NCBI GenBank assembly: GCA_965262915.1
Contig: OZ253564.1
Location: forward strand, 4,768,001-4,832,000
Reading direction: 5' to 3'
DNA length: 64,000 nt
DNA from: Candidatus Spongiisociaceae bacterium
GTDB taxonomy: Bacteria > Actinomycetota > Acidimicrobiia > Spongiisociales > Spongiisociaceae
The translations under genes and the position numbers were made by a program. The notes under the pieces are model-generated. The model saw only the letters and a list, made by a program, of their open reading frames with translations. It was not told where the DNA came from and searched no databases. The stretch's first letter is position 1, and each line of letters starts with the position of its first letter. Shown here one piece after another: positions 10,662 to 19,740 of this stretch.

Positions 10662-10680
10662 CCTCTACCCCTCTCATAGA

Positions 10681-10698
10681 AATAAGAATCAATACTAT
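10681..10698. promoter_or_regulatory. possible Zur/Fur-type box
   Basis: AATAAGAATCAATACTAT, AT-rich imperfect palindrome upstream of aztC. Confidence 0.35.
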
Positions 10699-10756
10699 AG
10701 CAGCAGCGCAGGCCTGTAGAACAAAGCGGTAGCAGTCGATCCGGGTCCGAGTTCGG

Positions 10757-11218
10757 CTATCGAGACGGCCGGGGGAGGGAACGAACCTCCGTTCTTCGGC
10801 CGGCGACCGGGCGGAGTTCCGGCCCATCGAGCAAAGCGACGGGCCGGAACTCGGCGGCGGCGGCCGCCTCCAGCGTCATCTCCCCGAGCCCCAGCACGGT
10901 CACGGGCAGCCGCGCGGTGACGGTGACCGTCCTGGGAGCGTATCCGGGGTCATGCGCGCATGAACACGACAGCAGTTCGGCGCCGTTCGCCCGGACCAGC
11001 CAGGCCGCCTCGGCGGTGGCCGAGCCGGCGGCGCCGAAGGGGCGGAAGGTCACCGGCGCCGCAGCCAGCGCACCGGCCGCGGCAGCCGTTACCACCCGGC
11101 TCCTAGCGATCAGCACCTGTCCGACGGCGGCCAGCGCAACAACCAGGAGGAAGCCGAGAACCAGCACGCCCACCGCAAACACGGTCACCGAGCCGCGCTC
11201 CGACCTCAACCTGCCCAC
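10757..11218 (-). CDS. TadE/Rv3654c-like pseudopilin
   Basis: SERGSVTV prepilin motif, TM helix, AAAAGALAAA, LLSCSC; last gene of the tad operon. Confidence 0.8.
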   Translation of the reverse strand: MGRLRSERGSVTVFAVGVLVLGFLLVVALAAVGQVLIARSRVVTAAAAGALAAAPVTFRPFGAAGSATAEAAWLVRANGAELLSCSCAHDPGYAPRTVTVTARLPVTVLGLGEMTLEAAAAAEFRPVALLDGPELRPVAGRRTEVRSLPRPSR

Positions 11219-11219
11219 C

Positions 11220-11582
11220 TCATGACTCGACGCGCATGGTCGCGGTGGACTCCAGGGGCACCCGGAATCCACCTAGAGCCGGCAGGAGGGTGTGCATGAC
11301 GGCCACGGTGACCCGGGCAGGCGCACCGACCACCGGCGGACGGCGGACCGTAATCCTCGCCCGTCCACCCAGTTCGTCGCCCAGCACGCTCCTGGCGGCC
11401 TCGATGGCTCTGGACGTGTCGGGGACGGTGGCGGCCACACGGGCGCCTTCACGGGAGGCCGCAGCCAGTTGGAGGGACGTCCTCGCCACCACCGCCACCT
11501 CCATGATTCCCGCAATCAGCAGGAAGACGAGCGGGATGACGAGGACGAACTCCAACGTGGCGGAGCCTCGTTCTTTCCTCAG
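11220..11582 (-). CDS. TadE family pseudopilin (start uncertain)
   Basis: ERGSATLEFVLVIP...ASREGARVAA. Confidence 0.82.
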   Translation of the reverse strand: MRKERGSATLEFVLVIPLVFLLIAGIMEVAVVARTSLQLAAASREGARVAATVPDTSRAIEAARSVLGDELGGRARITVRRPPVVGAPARVTVAVMHTLLPALGGFRVPLESTATMRVES

Positions 11583-11779
11583 CCGAGCAGTCCGTGGATG
11601 TTGCGAACCACGGCGCCGAAGAACTTCCCTATCATGCTGGTCTTGTTGATCCAGGCCAGCAGCAGGGAGGCCATTCCGGCCGCACACATCCCGACCAGGC
11701 TGTACTCGACGGTCACCTGTCCTTCCTCGCCGACCACGGCGCGAATCGCACGACGAACCAGATGGGTAATTGCACTCAC
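11579..11779 (-). CDS. Flp family type IVb pilin
   Basis: EEGQVTVEYSL Flp motif, 66 aa, AGGAG RBS. Confidence 0.85.
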   Translation of the reverse strand: MSAITHLVRRAIRAVVGEEGQVTVEYSLVGMCAAGMASLLLAWINKTSMIGKFFGAVVRNIHGLLG

Positions 11780-11847
11780 TATGAGTCTCCTTTCTCCCGC
11801 CTCTGCGGGACTGCCGGCTTCCGGCCGGTTCGGGGGGAAGTGACATC

Positions 11848-12489
11848 TCAGAGCGACACGATCGGGCCGAGTAGCCGCACCACCGAAGGCAGTACGAGAG
11901 GGCCGACCATGAGTATCAGAAGGCCGGGAAGCATCAGCAGGGTGATCGGGACCACCATCCTGACCGGGAGTTGGCGAGCCCGCTCAACCGCCCGGGTTCG
12001 TGCAGCCTCGCGGTATTCGCCAGCCAGGGCGGTGAGGGCAAGCCCCAGCGGAGCACCCGAGAGATGGGCGGCTCCCACTTGGCGGAACAGCCTTCCGCCC
12101 ACTCCGGCCGCGTTCAGGAGAGAGGCCGTGAGACCTTCCCGTACCGAGCGGCGGAGCACCAGGTCCACCTCCTGGCCAAGGCGGGACCGGAGGGCTTCAC
12201 GGGACAGACCGAGTGCCGCCGCCGGCGACAGGCCCCCGGAGAGACCGATGAGCATCGAGTGGGTGAACAACTCGAGTTCGCCCTCCGCCCGTTCCAGGGC
12301 AAGCCGCTCGTCACGCAGGGCCCGGCGCCGGTGCAACGAGAACCACGCCAGGGCAAGACCGGCACCGGCCAGGGGGTTGGCCAGCCCCACAGCGGCGCCG
12401 ACCGCCGCTGTGGTCCGCCGCCGGGTCGGATGGGACCGAAGGAGGACGAATACCACCACCGCAACCGAGACCAGGGTGACGAGCGTCAC
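11848..12489 (-). CDS. type II secretion F domain protein (TadC-like)
   Basis: C-terminal part of ORF 11848..12987; SGAPL...ARQLPVRMVVPITLLMLPG; GTGA overlap with tadB. Confidence 0.82.
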   Translation of the reverse strand: MTLVTLVSVAVVVFVLLRSHPTRRRTTAAVGAAVGLANPLAGAGLALAWFSLHRRRALRDERLALERAEGELELFTHSMLIGLSGGLSPAAALGLSREALRSRLGQEVDLVLRRSVREGLTASLLNAAGVGGRLFRQVGAAHLSGAPLGLALTALAGEYREAARTRAVERARQLPVRMVVPITLLMLPGLLILMVGPLVLPSVVRLLGPIVSL

Positions 12490-13082
12490 GAGAGCCTCCT
12501 GCCGAGGGCCAGGAGTTCGGAGAGCATCCCGGTGGCGGAGGCGACGAACAGCCCTCCGATCGGGAGCACCGTCAGCACCGCCACCGATACCCGGGCGCCG
12601 GCGCCCGCCGCCCTCACTTCCCGGCCCAACTCGATGCGGTCGGCCTGGATGCCGGCCAGGGTCGCGAACGCCGACGCGAGCCTTCCCCCGCTCTCGGCCC
12701 CGATCCTCATGGCGGCGGCAGCCAGGGATCCGGTTCCCGGCAGGGCGGTCGAAGCCGCCTCGGCCACCTCGGCCATCGGACGGCCGGAGCGGGCCAACCT
12801 GGCGACGTAGGCCAAGTCGAGATCCGGTGTCCGAACACCTGCTTCCACCAGCGCTTGGCGAAGGCTCCGTCCGGACCGCAACTCGGCGCTCACCGCCTGC
12901 AGGTAGGCGACCTCCTGGTACGGATCGGCCCCCTGGCTGCGGCGAGCCACCCAGATGCCGATGGACAGACCGGCCAAGCTCGCCCACCAGGGAAGGATTA
13001 CGGCCGCGCCCAAGGCCAGCGGTTCCCAGAAGCGGTGGGGCCGCAACCCTATGCCGACTGCCACCAGTGCGATGATCAGCAT
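12486..13082 (-). CDS. type II secretion F domain protein (TadB-like)
   Basis: AELRSGRS, AESGGRLA, ARVSVAVLTVLP. Confidence 0.8.
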   Translation of the reverse strand: MLIIALVAVGIGLRPHRFWEPLALGAAVILPWWASLAGLSIGIWVARRSQGADPYQEVAYLQAVSAELRSGRSLRQALVEAGVRTPDLDLAYVARLARSGRPMAEVAEAASTALPGTGSLAAAAMRIGAESGGRLASAFATLAGIQADRIELGREVRAAGAGARVSVAVLTVLPIGGLFVASATGMLSELLALGRRLS

Positions 13083-14131
13083 GGCAGTTCCCGGCATCCT
13101 TCCTGGCCGACCTCGGCTATCTCCGCCACGAACCGGTGGGCATCCCGCCTCGAGAGATGAACGATGACGTCCACACCCGACCGGAGTTGCCGTCGCACGG
13201 CCAACTCCCCGACGCTCTCACCGGACAGGGCCAGGGTTTCCAGCCTCCACAGGGCGTCTTCCGGCCCGTTGGCGTGGACCGTGGACAGGCTCCCGTCGTG
13301 GCCGGTGTTCATAGCCGAGATCATGTCGAGAGCCTCGGGGCCTCGTACCTCACCGACGATGATCCGATCGGGACGCAGGCGGAGGGCGGTCCGGACCAGA
13401 TCGGCCATGCTTACCCGTCCCTGACCTTCGGCGTTGGCCGGGCGGGCCTCCAGACGGACTACATGACCCGAGAACCTCAACTCGGCGGCGTCCTCGATGG
13501 TCACTATCCGCTCCCCGGCAGGCACGGTGCCCGCCAGTGCGTTGAGCAGGGTGGTCTTCCCGGTCCCCGTCCCCCCGCTGACCACGATGTTCTTCCGGTC
13601 CACGACAGCCCGCTCCAGGAGATCCCGCTGGCCGACGGTCATCGATCCCCAGTCGACGAAGGTCCCCAGATCGGGTGCAACGGCGGTGAAACGGCGGATC
13701 GCCACCACCGGGCCTCCCACCGAGACCGGAGGGATCACCGCATGAAGCCGGCTCCCGTCGGGCAACCGGGCACTCAGCAGCGGGCTGGCCCGGTCCAGAC
13801 GTAACCCGAGAGGGGCGATGGTGCGTTCCACCGCCGCAAGCACCGCGGCATCGTCAGCGAACACGATGTCGGTCGGCTCCAGAACGCCCCGGCGCTCCAC
13901 CCATACCTCGTCCGGCCCGTTGACGAACACGTCCGACACCGCGGGATCCCGGAACAGCGGCTCGATCGGACCCATACCCACCAGGGTGTCCACCACGACA
14001 TCGACGATTCGAGGAGATGCCAGCGGTGATTCGACCGAGAGGATTCGGCGCACCTCGGCCTCCGCGCCCTCACGGCTCAGCTCGACATCCGATTCGAGCA
14101 CCCGGCGGAGCACTCGATCCACTACAGCCAC
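13076..14131 (-). CDS. tadA: TadA/CpaF pilus assembly ATPase
   Basis: [48 protein letters not shown]. Confidence 0.93.
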   Translation of the reverse strand: MAVVDRVLRRVLESDVELSREGAEAEVRRILSVESPLASPRIVDVVVDTLVGMGPIEPLFRDPAVSDVFVNGPDEVWVERRGVLEPTDIVFADDAAVLAAVERTIAPLGLRLDRASPLLSARLPDGSRLHAVIPPVSVGGPVVAIRRFTAVAPDLGTFVDWGSMTVGQRDLLERAVVDRKNIVVSGGTGTGKTTLLNALAGTVPAGERIVTIEDAAELRFSGHVVRLEARPANAEGQGRVSMADLVRTALRLRPDRIIVGEVRGPEALDMISAMNTGHDGSLSTVHANGPEDALWRLETLALSGESVGELAVRRQLRSGVDVIVHLSRRDAHRFVAEIAEVGQEGCRELPC

Positions 14132-14652
14132 GGCCACCTCCAGACTCCCGCCCAGGAGCGCAGCCACCGGCCGGCCGGGGTCCTGCCGGCCAGTACGGAG
14201 ATGACCGCCGACCGGCCGGGACTGTCGACTACGGGACCGGGACCCGGCTCGACCGTTCCGATTCCGGTCCGAACCCAGATGCGAGGCCGGGATCTGGTGT
14301 CCACCCCCGGCACGAGCGGGGCCACCTCCGCGAAGGGCAGGCCTGCCACAGGCGTTCGTGTCCTCACCACGACGCAGGGCCACGATTCGACCAGGGCACC
14401 CAGCACCACGCCGGCGGCCTCGACATCCGCCCCGCCATGAGGCAGCACCGCCACACCCGAACGGGAAGGGACCAGCTCCGCCAGGGTGGGGCCGTCCTCG
14501 ACCAGCCCTGCCAGAGTCCGCCTGCCGGGGAGCGGGAAGCCCTCCGGATCGAGGTCGATCACCAGCGCGGTCGGATGGGAGGCGGCCAACGCGAAGGGCG
14601 TCACCAGACCCAGCAGATCGTCGTGGAGGGTGTGCACAGCTAGAGCCACCAC
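14122..14652 (-). CDS. short Ssd/CpaE(TadZ)-like protein lacking the N-terminal receiver part
   Basis: ALVIDLDPEG MinD-like motif; first gene of the tad operon, divergent from the HAD gene as in the actinobacterial ssd locus. Confidence 0.55.
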   Translation of the reverse strand: MVALAVHTLHDDLLGLVTPFALAASHPTALVIDLDPEGFPLPGRRTLAGLVEDGPTLAELVPSRSGVAVLPHGGADVEAAGVVLGALVESWPCVVVRTRTPVAGLPFAEVAPLVPGVDTRSRPRIWVRTGIGTVEPGPGPVVDSPGRSAVISVLAGRTPAGRWLRSWAGVWRWPWL

Positions 14653-14733
14653 AATCCGTGCCTCTCCCGGTAATAGTGGCTTGTATTTTGTTTATCAATG
14701 GTTATCGTTGTTGACATCATCAACAACGTACAG

Positions 14734-14838
14734 CATCCGGATGCAGCTGTGAACCCCCTTATGCATCAGGATGGGGGGGCGGCGCCCAAGATGCCAGTCG
14801 GCAGTTCCCCGTCCCCCTGCAGATCGGGCGCCGCCCCC
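14734..14838 (+). ncRNA. 6C RNA homolog
   Basis: Two adjacent hairpins with C-rich loops: CATCCGGATGCA/TGCATCAGGATG (loop CCCCC) and GGGGGCGGCGCCC/GGGCGCCGCCCCC (loop CCCCGTCCCC); lies between ssd and the HAD gene, the known 6C position. Confidence 0.75.
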
Positions 14839-14867
14839 AACTACCCGTGCATCCCTAGGATGAACCC

Positions 14868-15686
14868 GTGACCGCTACCTCGCCCCCCCACCGGAACGCA
14901 GCCGCCTTCTTCGACCTCGACAAGACGATCATCGCCAAGTCCTCGACCCTCGCATTCGTCAGACCACTGCACGCAGCGGGGCTGCTGAAGCGTCGCACCA
15001 TGCTCAAAGCGGCGGTGGCCCAGGTCATCTACCGGACGATGGGCGCCGACCAGCAACAGTTGGACCGCGTTCGTGATCAACTCATGGCCCTGACCAAGGG
15101 GTGGAAGGCGTCGCGGGTCCGCCAGCTGGTGCAGGAAACCGTGGACGAGATCATCTCTCCCATCGTCTATGCCGAGGCGCTGGTCCTGATGGACGACCAC
15201 CGGCGGGAGGGGAGGGAGGTGGTGATCGTGTCGAGCGCGCCGGAGGAGGTCGTGCGTCCCATGGCCAGGTATCTGGGAGTGGATCATGTGATCGCCAGCC
15301 GCTCGACGGTGGACGAGGAGGGCCGTTACGCCGGCGAGTTGGCCTTCTACGCAACCGGCGCCGGTAAGGCCGAGGCGATCGGCGCGCTGGCCGGCGAATG
15401 GGAGCTCGACCTCGCCCGGTGTTTCGCCTATTCGGACAGCGCCACCGACCTGCCCATGCTAGAGGCGGTCGGCCATCCCATAGCCGTCAACCCGGATAGG
15501 GAACTGCGTGACGTGGCCGAGGAACGGGAATGGCCCGTGGTCGAGTTCGCCCGCCCGGTGACACTGCGAACTCGTCTGGCCACCCTTCCCAAACCGGCGC
15601 CGGTCATCTCCGGCGCGGCCCTCGCCACCGCCGTGGCGGGCGTCATCACCCTGTGGGTGCTCAAGAGCCGCCGGAGAGCCGCTTAG
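14868..15686 (+). CDS. HAD-IB family hydrolase (Rv3661-like)
   Basis: AAFFDLDKTIIAKSS, AYSDSATDLPMLEAVGHPIAVNPD, C-terminal TM. Confidence 0.92.
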   Translation: MTATSPPHRNAAAFFDLDKTIIAKSSTLAFVRPLHAAGLLKRRTMLKAAVAQVIYRTMGADQQQLDRVRDQLMALTKGWKASRVRQLVQETVDEIISPIVYAEALVLMDDHRREGREVVIVSSAPEEVVRPMARYLGVDHVIASRSTVDEEGRYAGELAFYATGAGKAEAIGALAGEWELDLARCFAYSDSATDLPMLEAVGHPIAVNPDRELRDVAEEREWPVVEFARPVTLRTRLATLPKPAPVISGAALATAVAGVITLWVLKSRRRAA

Positions 15687-15721
15687 GCGCAGGCGAAGGG
15701 CGACGATTCGTCCCGGAGGCG

Positions 15722-15763
15722 TCGCTCGGGTCGGTGATTCCGGAAGTCCACCGACCCGAGCGA
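15722..15763. terminator. strong 15-bp hairpin downstream of the HAD gene
   Basis: TCGCTCGGGTCGGTG / CACCGACCCGAGCGA perfect inverted repeat. Confidence 0.5.
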
Positions 15764-15884
15764 TAATAGTTGGTATCGGCGGGGCGGGACCCTGTTGGCG
15801 GTTCCGGCTCCGCCCCGGACGCGTCGCGACCTTGGTCGCGGCGCCACGACCGAGCCAAGGGGACTCGGGGATCGGAGAGCAGAA

Positions 15885-16727
15885 ATGGCGAACATCGTTC
15901 GAGCAGCCCTTCTTCAGGCTGCATGGACCGGTGACCGGGAATCGATGGTCGAAAAGGGCGCCCACTACGCCTACGAGGCGGCCGACCGGGGCGCCCGGGT
16001 GATGTGTTTCCAGGAACTCTTCAACGGTCCCTACTTCTGCCAGGTCCAGGACGACGACCACAAGGACACGGCCGAAGCGGTACCCGACGGCTTCAGCACG
16101 CAGCGAATGATCGAGGTTGCGAGGGAAACCGAGATGGTCCTCGTGGTCCCCCTGTACGAGAAGGAGGACGACGGGTTCCTGTACAACACGGCCGCCGTGA
16201 TCGACGCGGACGGCACCTACCTCGGTAAGTACCGCAAGACCCACATCCCCCACGTCAACGGGTTCTGGGAGAAGTTCTACTTCCGTCCCGGGAACCTCGG
16301 ATACCCGGTGTTCGACACCGCGGTGGGCCGGATCGGCGTGTACATCTGCTACGACCGCCACTTCCCGGAAGGCTGGAGGGCGTTGGGTCTGGCCGGCGCC
16401 AAGATCGTGTTCAACCCTTCGGCGACCAGCCGCGGCCTGTCGATGTACCTGTGGAACCTCGAGCAGCCCGCCTCTGCGGTGGCCAACGAGTACTTCATCG
16501 GCGCCATCAACCGGGTCGGGCGGGAACCCTACGGCGACAACGACTTCTACGGCTCCTCGTACTTCGTGGACCCGAGGGGGCAACTGGTCGGCGAGGTCGG
16601 TTCGGACACCGAGGAGGAACTCGTCGTCAGGGACCTCGAGATGGACATGATCGAGGATGTGCGCAAGATATGGGCCTTCTACCGCGACCGCCGTCCCGAC
16701 GCCTACGACTCCCTGGTCGCCCCCTGA
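15885..16727 (+). CDS. nitrilase-family beta-ureidopropionase
   Basis: CFQELF, KYRKTHIP, FWEKFYFRPGNLGYPVF, ICYDRHFPE; clustered with dihydropyrimidinase. Confidence 0.88.
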   Translation: MANIVRAALLQAAWTGDRESMVEKGAHYAYEAADRGARVMCFQELFNGPYFCQVQDDDHKDTAEAVPDGFSTQRMIEVARETEMVLVVPLYEKEDDGFLYNTAAVIDADGTYLGKYRKTHIPHVNGFWEKFYFRPGNLGYPVFDTAVGRIGVYICYDRHFPEGWRALGLAGAKIVFNPSATSRGLSMYLWNLEQPASAVANEYFIGAINRVGREPYGDNDFYGSSYFVDPRGQLVGEVGSDTEEELVVRDLEMDMIEDVRKIWAFYRDRRPDAYDSLVAP

Positions 16728-16833
16728 GAGGCCGGTCAATCGTGACGCGGGATGGGCGCCTGCCCGCTCCCTAACCCGGCGTCGATGTAGGTAACGCGAG
16801 TCGTTCTGAAGCGCTGTCCCTCACGAGCGGAAC

Positions 16834-17094
16834 TCAGCCGATGGCCTCCAAGATCGCGACGATGCCGCCCACCACCGCAACGATACCCACACCCTGCATC
16901 CACAATGCCCGGTACATGTCCGCCCGCAGCCTCGACTCGACACCGGCTAGTTCCGTCTTGAGCCCATCCCGCGTTACCAGAGGGCTGGTGGCCTCAGCGA
17001 CTACGTCGACAACGCTCCCGGCAGCCTGCTCCTCCATCTCGGCGGCGCGCAGCTTGCGGACTCCGGCCTGAGTGTCGAACTTCGGTGAGGTCAC
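16834..17094 (-). CDS. small DUF1640/CCDC90-like coiled-coil membrane protein
   Basis: FDTQAGVRKLRAAEMEEQAA...LKTELAG, C-terminal TM; paralog at 57941-58189. Confidence 0.75.
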   Translation of the reverse strand: MTSPKFDTQAGVRKLRAAEMEEQAAGSVVDVVAEATSPLVTRDGLKTELAGVESRLRADMYRALWMQGVGIVAVVGGIVAILEAIG

Positions 17095-17313
17095 AGATCC
17101 TTTCCTTCCTTGCCACCATACCCCTCGCAGCATACGGTGGTTACTCTAGTAGTCAATCATGTTTAGCGTTTCTTGGGATAACCAATCCCTCTCCGAGGAG
17201 TCGACCAATGGAAGGTTCGGTCGTGTTCCCAGCAGGACAGCGGTCACTCGCCACCGGTAGAGGCAACAGTGCTTCCCGGAGCCTCACAATTGGGTACGGC
17301 TTCGCACCGGTGC

Positions 17314-18291
17314 CTAGGTGAGGCGATCAACGTAGGGCATGAGCGTCTCGTGGAGTCGGTACATGGCGTCTGCCAGGACTTCGTAACCGGCTTTCCGCTC
17401 GTGAGGGGGTGAGCGGTAGCCACATGTTTCGTCCGGCACCCATCCGACATAGCTCGCACGGTACTTGGGATCGTTGTTCCAACTCAGAGTCGTGCCCATG
17501 GCATCGTGGATGGAGTCCCGCTCATCCTGTAGGGCGTTGAAGAGTTCATCGTTCTTCTCTTGGTCCGACGCGTCTATCGCAAGCTGGAGCCGACATAAGT
17601 TCATCTGCAAAACAAAGTTGAACTGGAAAGATCCTCGGGTTGTGACAGTGATATAGCTGTGCACTCTGCGGTTAGTTTGTGACCAATACAGAGTACTCTT
17701 ATCCTCTATCACACTTCGTAACCCAGCCCAGAACTCGCTCCGCTCCCTTTCCCTGAGCTGGTCGGCCTCGGAAGGTGTTCTCTTGCCCGTTGCCGTCTCC
17801 GACTTCCATTCGTTCGGTCCAGCGACGAGGCGGAAGCGGAAACCGGGGGCCGAATCGCCTATCCGGCCCGCCTCGATCGCGACCAAGAACAGGCGGATCC
17901 CAACGGAACCGTAGGCTTCCGAATAGCGGTTCCATTCGTCTGCCACCGCCACGAACTCATCACGGTGAGACTCGGCCACCACGATCACGGCTCGGCACTC
18001 AAGGCCGACCGCGTAGGCGAGGGCGCGGGTGAGGTGATCGTGGTCGGCTTCGCCATACTGGTTCTCGACCGCCCAGTTCCTGCCGTCGGCGTCCTTCGCG
18101 AGGACATCGAGCTTGCGCCCTCCGGGCACCTCGACCTCGGTGTGATCCAATTCGAGTTCGCCGATCTCGAGATGCGCGGACAGGGTCTCCAGGTTGTCGG
18201 CCAGCCAGGGCGTGAAGTCCCGCGCCTCACCCGGCCACACGTCGCGGATATCGATCAACTTGAACTCTTGCGGAAGAATGGGTGCGGTCAT
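17314..18291 (-). CDS. DUF4268-domain protein with N-terminal PD-(D/E)xK-like nuclease domain
   Basis: VWPGEARDFTPWLADNL, LDVLA, VENQYGEADHDHL, EFWAGL. Confidence 0.8.
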   Translation of the reverse strand: MTAPILPQEFKLIDIRDVWPGEARDFTPWLADNLETLSAHLEIGELELDHTEVEVPGGRKLDVLAKDADGRNWAVENQYGEADHDHLTRALAYAVGLECRAVIVVAESHRDEFVAVADEWNRYSEAYGSVGIRLFLVAIEAGRIGDSAPGFRFRLVAGPNEWKSETATGKRTPSEADQLRERERSEFWAGLRSVIEDKSTLYWSQTNRRVHSYITVTTRGSFQFNFVLQMNLCRLQLAIDASDQEKNDELFNALQDERDSIHDAMGTTLSWNNDPKYRASYVGWVPDETCGYRSPPHERKAGYEVLADAMYRLHETLMPYVDRLT

Positions 18292-18412
18292 GACGGCCAA
18301 CCTAATCAGGGGGCAGGGGGCCTACAAGCGGTGGGCATGACGTTGTCAGGTGGCATTGTTCCCGAGCCGGGAAGTTATCCTGGGACCTTCACGCGACAGA
18401 CGGAGGCCAGCC

Positions 18413-19708
18413 GTGGGAATCCATGCCGACCTGCTTGAACGCCACCGGGCGGTGATACCCCCGTGGGTCGGTCTGTACTACGACGAGCCCATCTCGCTGG
18501 TGGACGGAGCGGGACGGCACGTGACCGACGCCGAGGGCAACCGCTACCTGGACTTCTTCGGCGGGATCCTCGTGACGATCGCGGGCCATGCCGTTCCCCG
18601 AGTGGTCGAGGCGATCAGAGACCAGGCCGACCGGATGCTGCACAGCTCCACGCTGTATCTGATCGAGTCCCAGATCGAATTGGCGGAGAAGATCGCCGAG
18701 CTCTCGGGCATCCCGGACGCCAAGGTGTTCTTCGCGAACTCCGGTACCGAAGCCAACGACACCGCGCTGATGCTGGCTACCCAGTACCGCAAGTCCAACC
18801 AGGTGCTGGCGATCCGGGGCAGCTACCACGGCAAGTCCCACAGCGCCATCGCTGTAACGGGTAACGCCGCATGGTCGGGGACCACTTTCAGCCCCTTCCA
18901 GGTCACCTACGTACACGGCGGCTACAAGGTCCGCTCCCCGTTCGGTCACCTGCCGGACGACCAGTTCATCGCCAAGTGCGTCGAGGACCTGCGTGACCTG
19001 CTGGACATCGCCACAGCCGGCAACGTGGCGGCGATGATCGCGGAGCCCATCCAGGGCGTGGGAGGGTTCATAACCCCGCCCGACGGATTGTTCGGCGCCA
19101 TGAAGGAAGTGCTCGACCGCCACGGCATCCTGTTCATCTCCGACGAAGTCCAGACCGGCTGGGGCCGGACCGGGGAGAACTTCTGGGGCTACCAGGCACA
19201 CGGCATCGTGCCGGACCTGCTCACCTTCGCGAAGGGTTTGGGCAACGGTATGGCGATCGGAGGCGTCGTCGGTCGGCGGGAGATCATGGACTGCTACCCC
19301 GCCAACGCCATCTCGACCTTCGGGGGTAACCCGATGGCGACCGCGGCCGGCCTCGCCACCCTCGAAATCCTGCTGGAGGAAGACCTGCAATCCAACTCGC
19401 ACAAGGTGGGCAACCGGCTCAGGGAGGGCCTCCACTACATCGCCGAGGAGACCGAGGCGGTAACCGAGGTCCGGGGCAAGGGTCTGATGCTGGGCGTAGA
19501 GTTGTCCGACCCGGCGACCGGCAGGCCCGATCCTGCTCTCACCGGGGCCATCATGGAGGAGGCCAGGGTGGAGGGTCTGCTGATCGGAAAGGGCGGGCTG
19601 TACGGGAACGTGCTGCGCATTGCCCCTCCGCTGTCGCTCACCGAAACGGAGTGTGACGAGGGACTGGCCATGCTGGGAACCGCCGTACGCCGGGCAACCG
19701 GCTCCTAG
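18413..19708 (+). CDS. class III aminotransferase (probable beta-alanine transaminase)
   Basis: YLDFFGGI, SGTEAND, SYHG, AEPIQGVGG, DEVQTGWGRTG, FAKGLGNG. Confidence 0.9.
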   Translation: MGIHADLLERHRAVIPPWVGLYYDEPISLVDGAGRHVTDAEGNRYLDFFGGILVTIAGHAVPRVVEAIRDQADRMLHSSTLYLIESQIELAEKIAELSGIPDAKVFFANSGTEANDTALMLATQYRKSNQVLAIRGSYHGKSHSAIAVTGNAAWSGTTFSPFQVTYVHGGYKVRSPFGHLPDDQFIAKCVEDLRDLLDIATAGNVAAMIAEPIQGVGGFITPPDGLFGAMKEVLDRHGILFISDEVQTGWGRTGENFWGYQAHGIVPDLLTFAKGLGNGMAIGGVVGRREIMDCYPANAISTFGGNPMATAAGLATLEILLEEDLQSNSHKVGNRLREGLHYIAEETEAVTEVRGKGLMLGVELSDPATGRPDPALTGAIMEEARVEGLLIGKGGLYGNVLRIAPPLSLTETECDEGLAMLGTAVRRATGS

Positions 19709-19740
19709 TAGGCGACAAACGACCAACACGGAGGGGAGTC

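Noticed and set aside
11594-13075. Long antisense or alternate-frame ORFs (e.g. 11594-13075, 21099-22892, 34565-35896)
   Set aside because: Shadow ORFs of real genes in high-GC DNA, with no family motifs.
15687-15884. Ms1 RNA at its usual site downstream of the HAD gene
   Set aside because: Only ~200 nt, with local hairpins but no recognisable Ms1 sequence; kept only as a hairpin.
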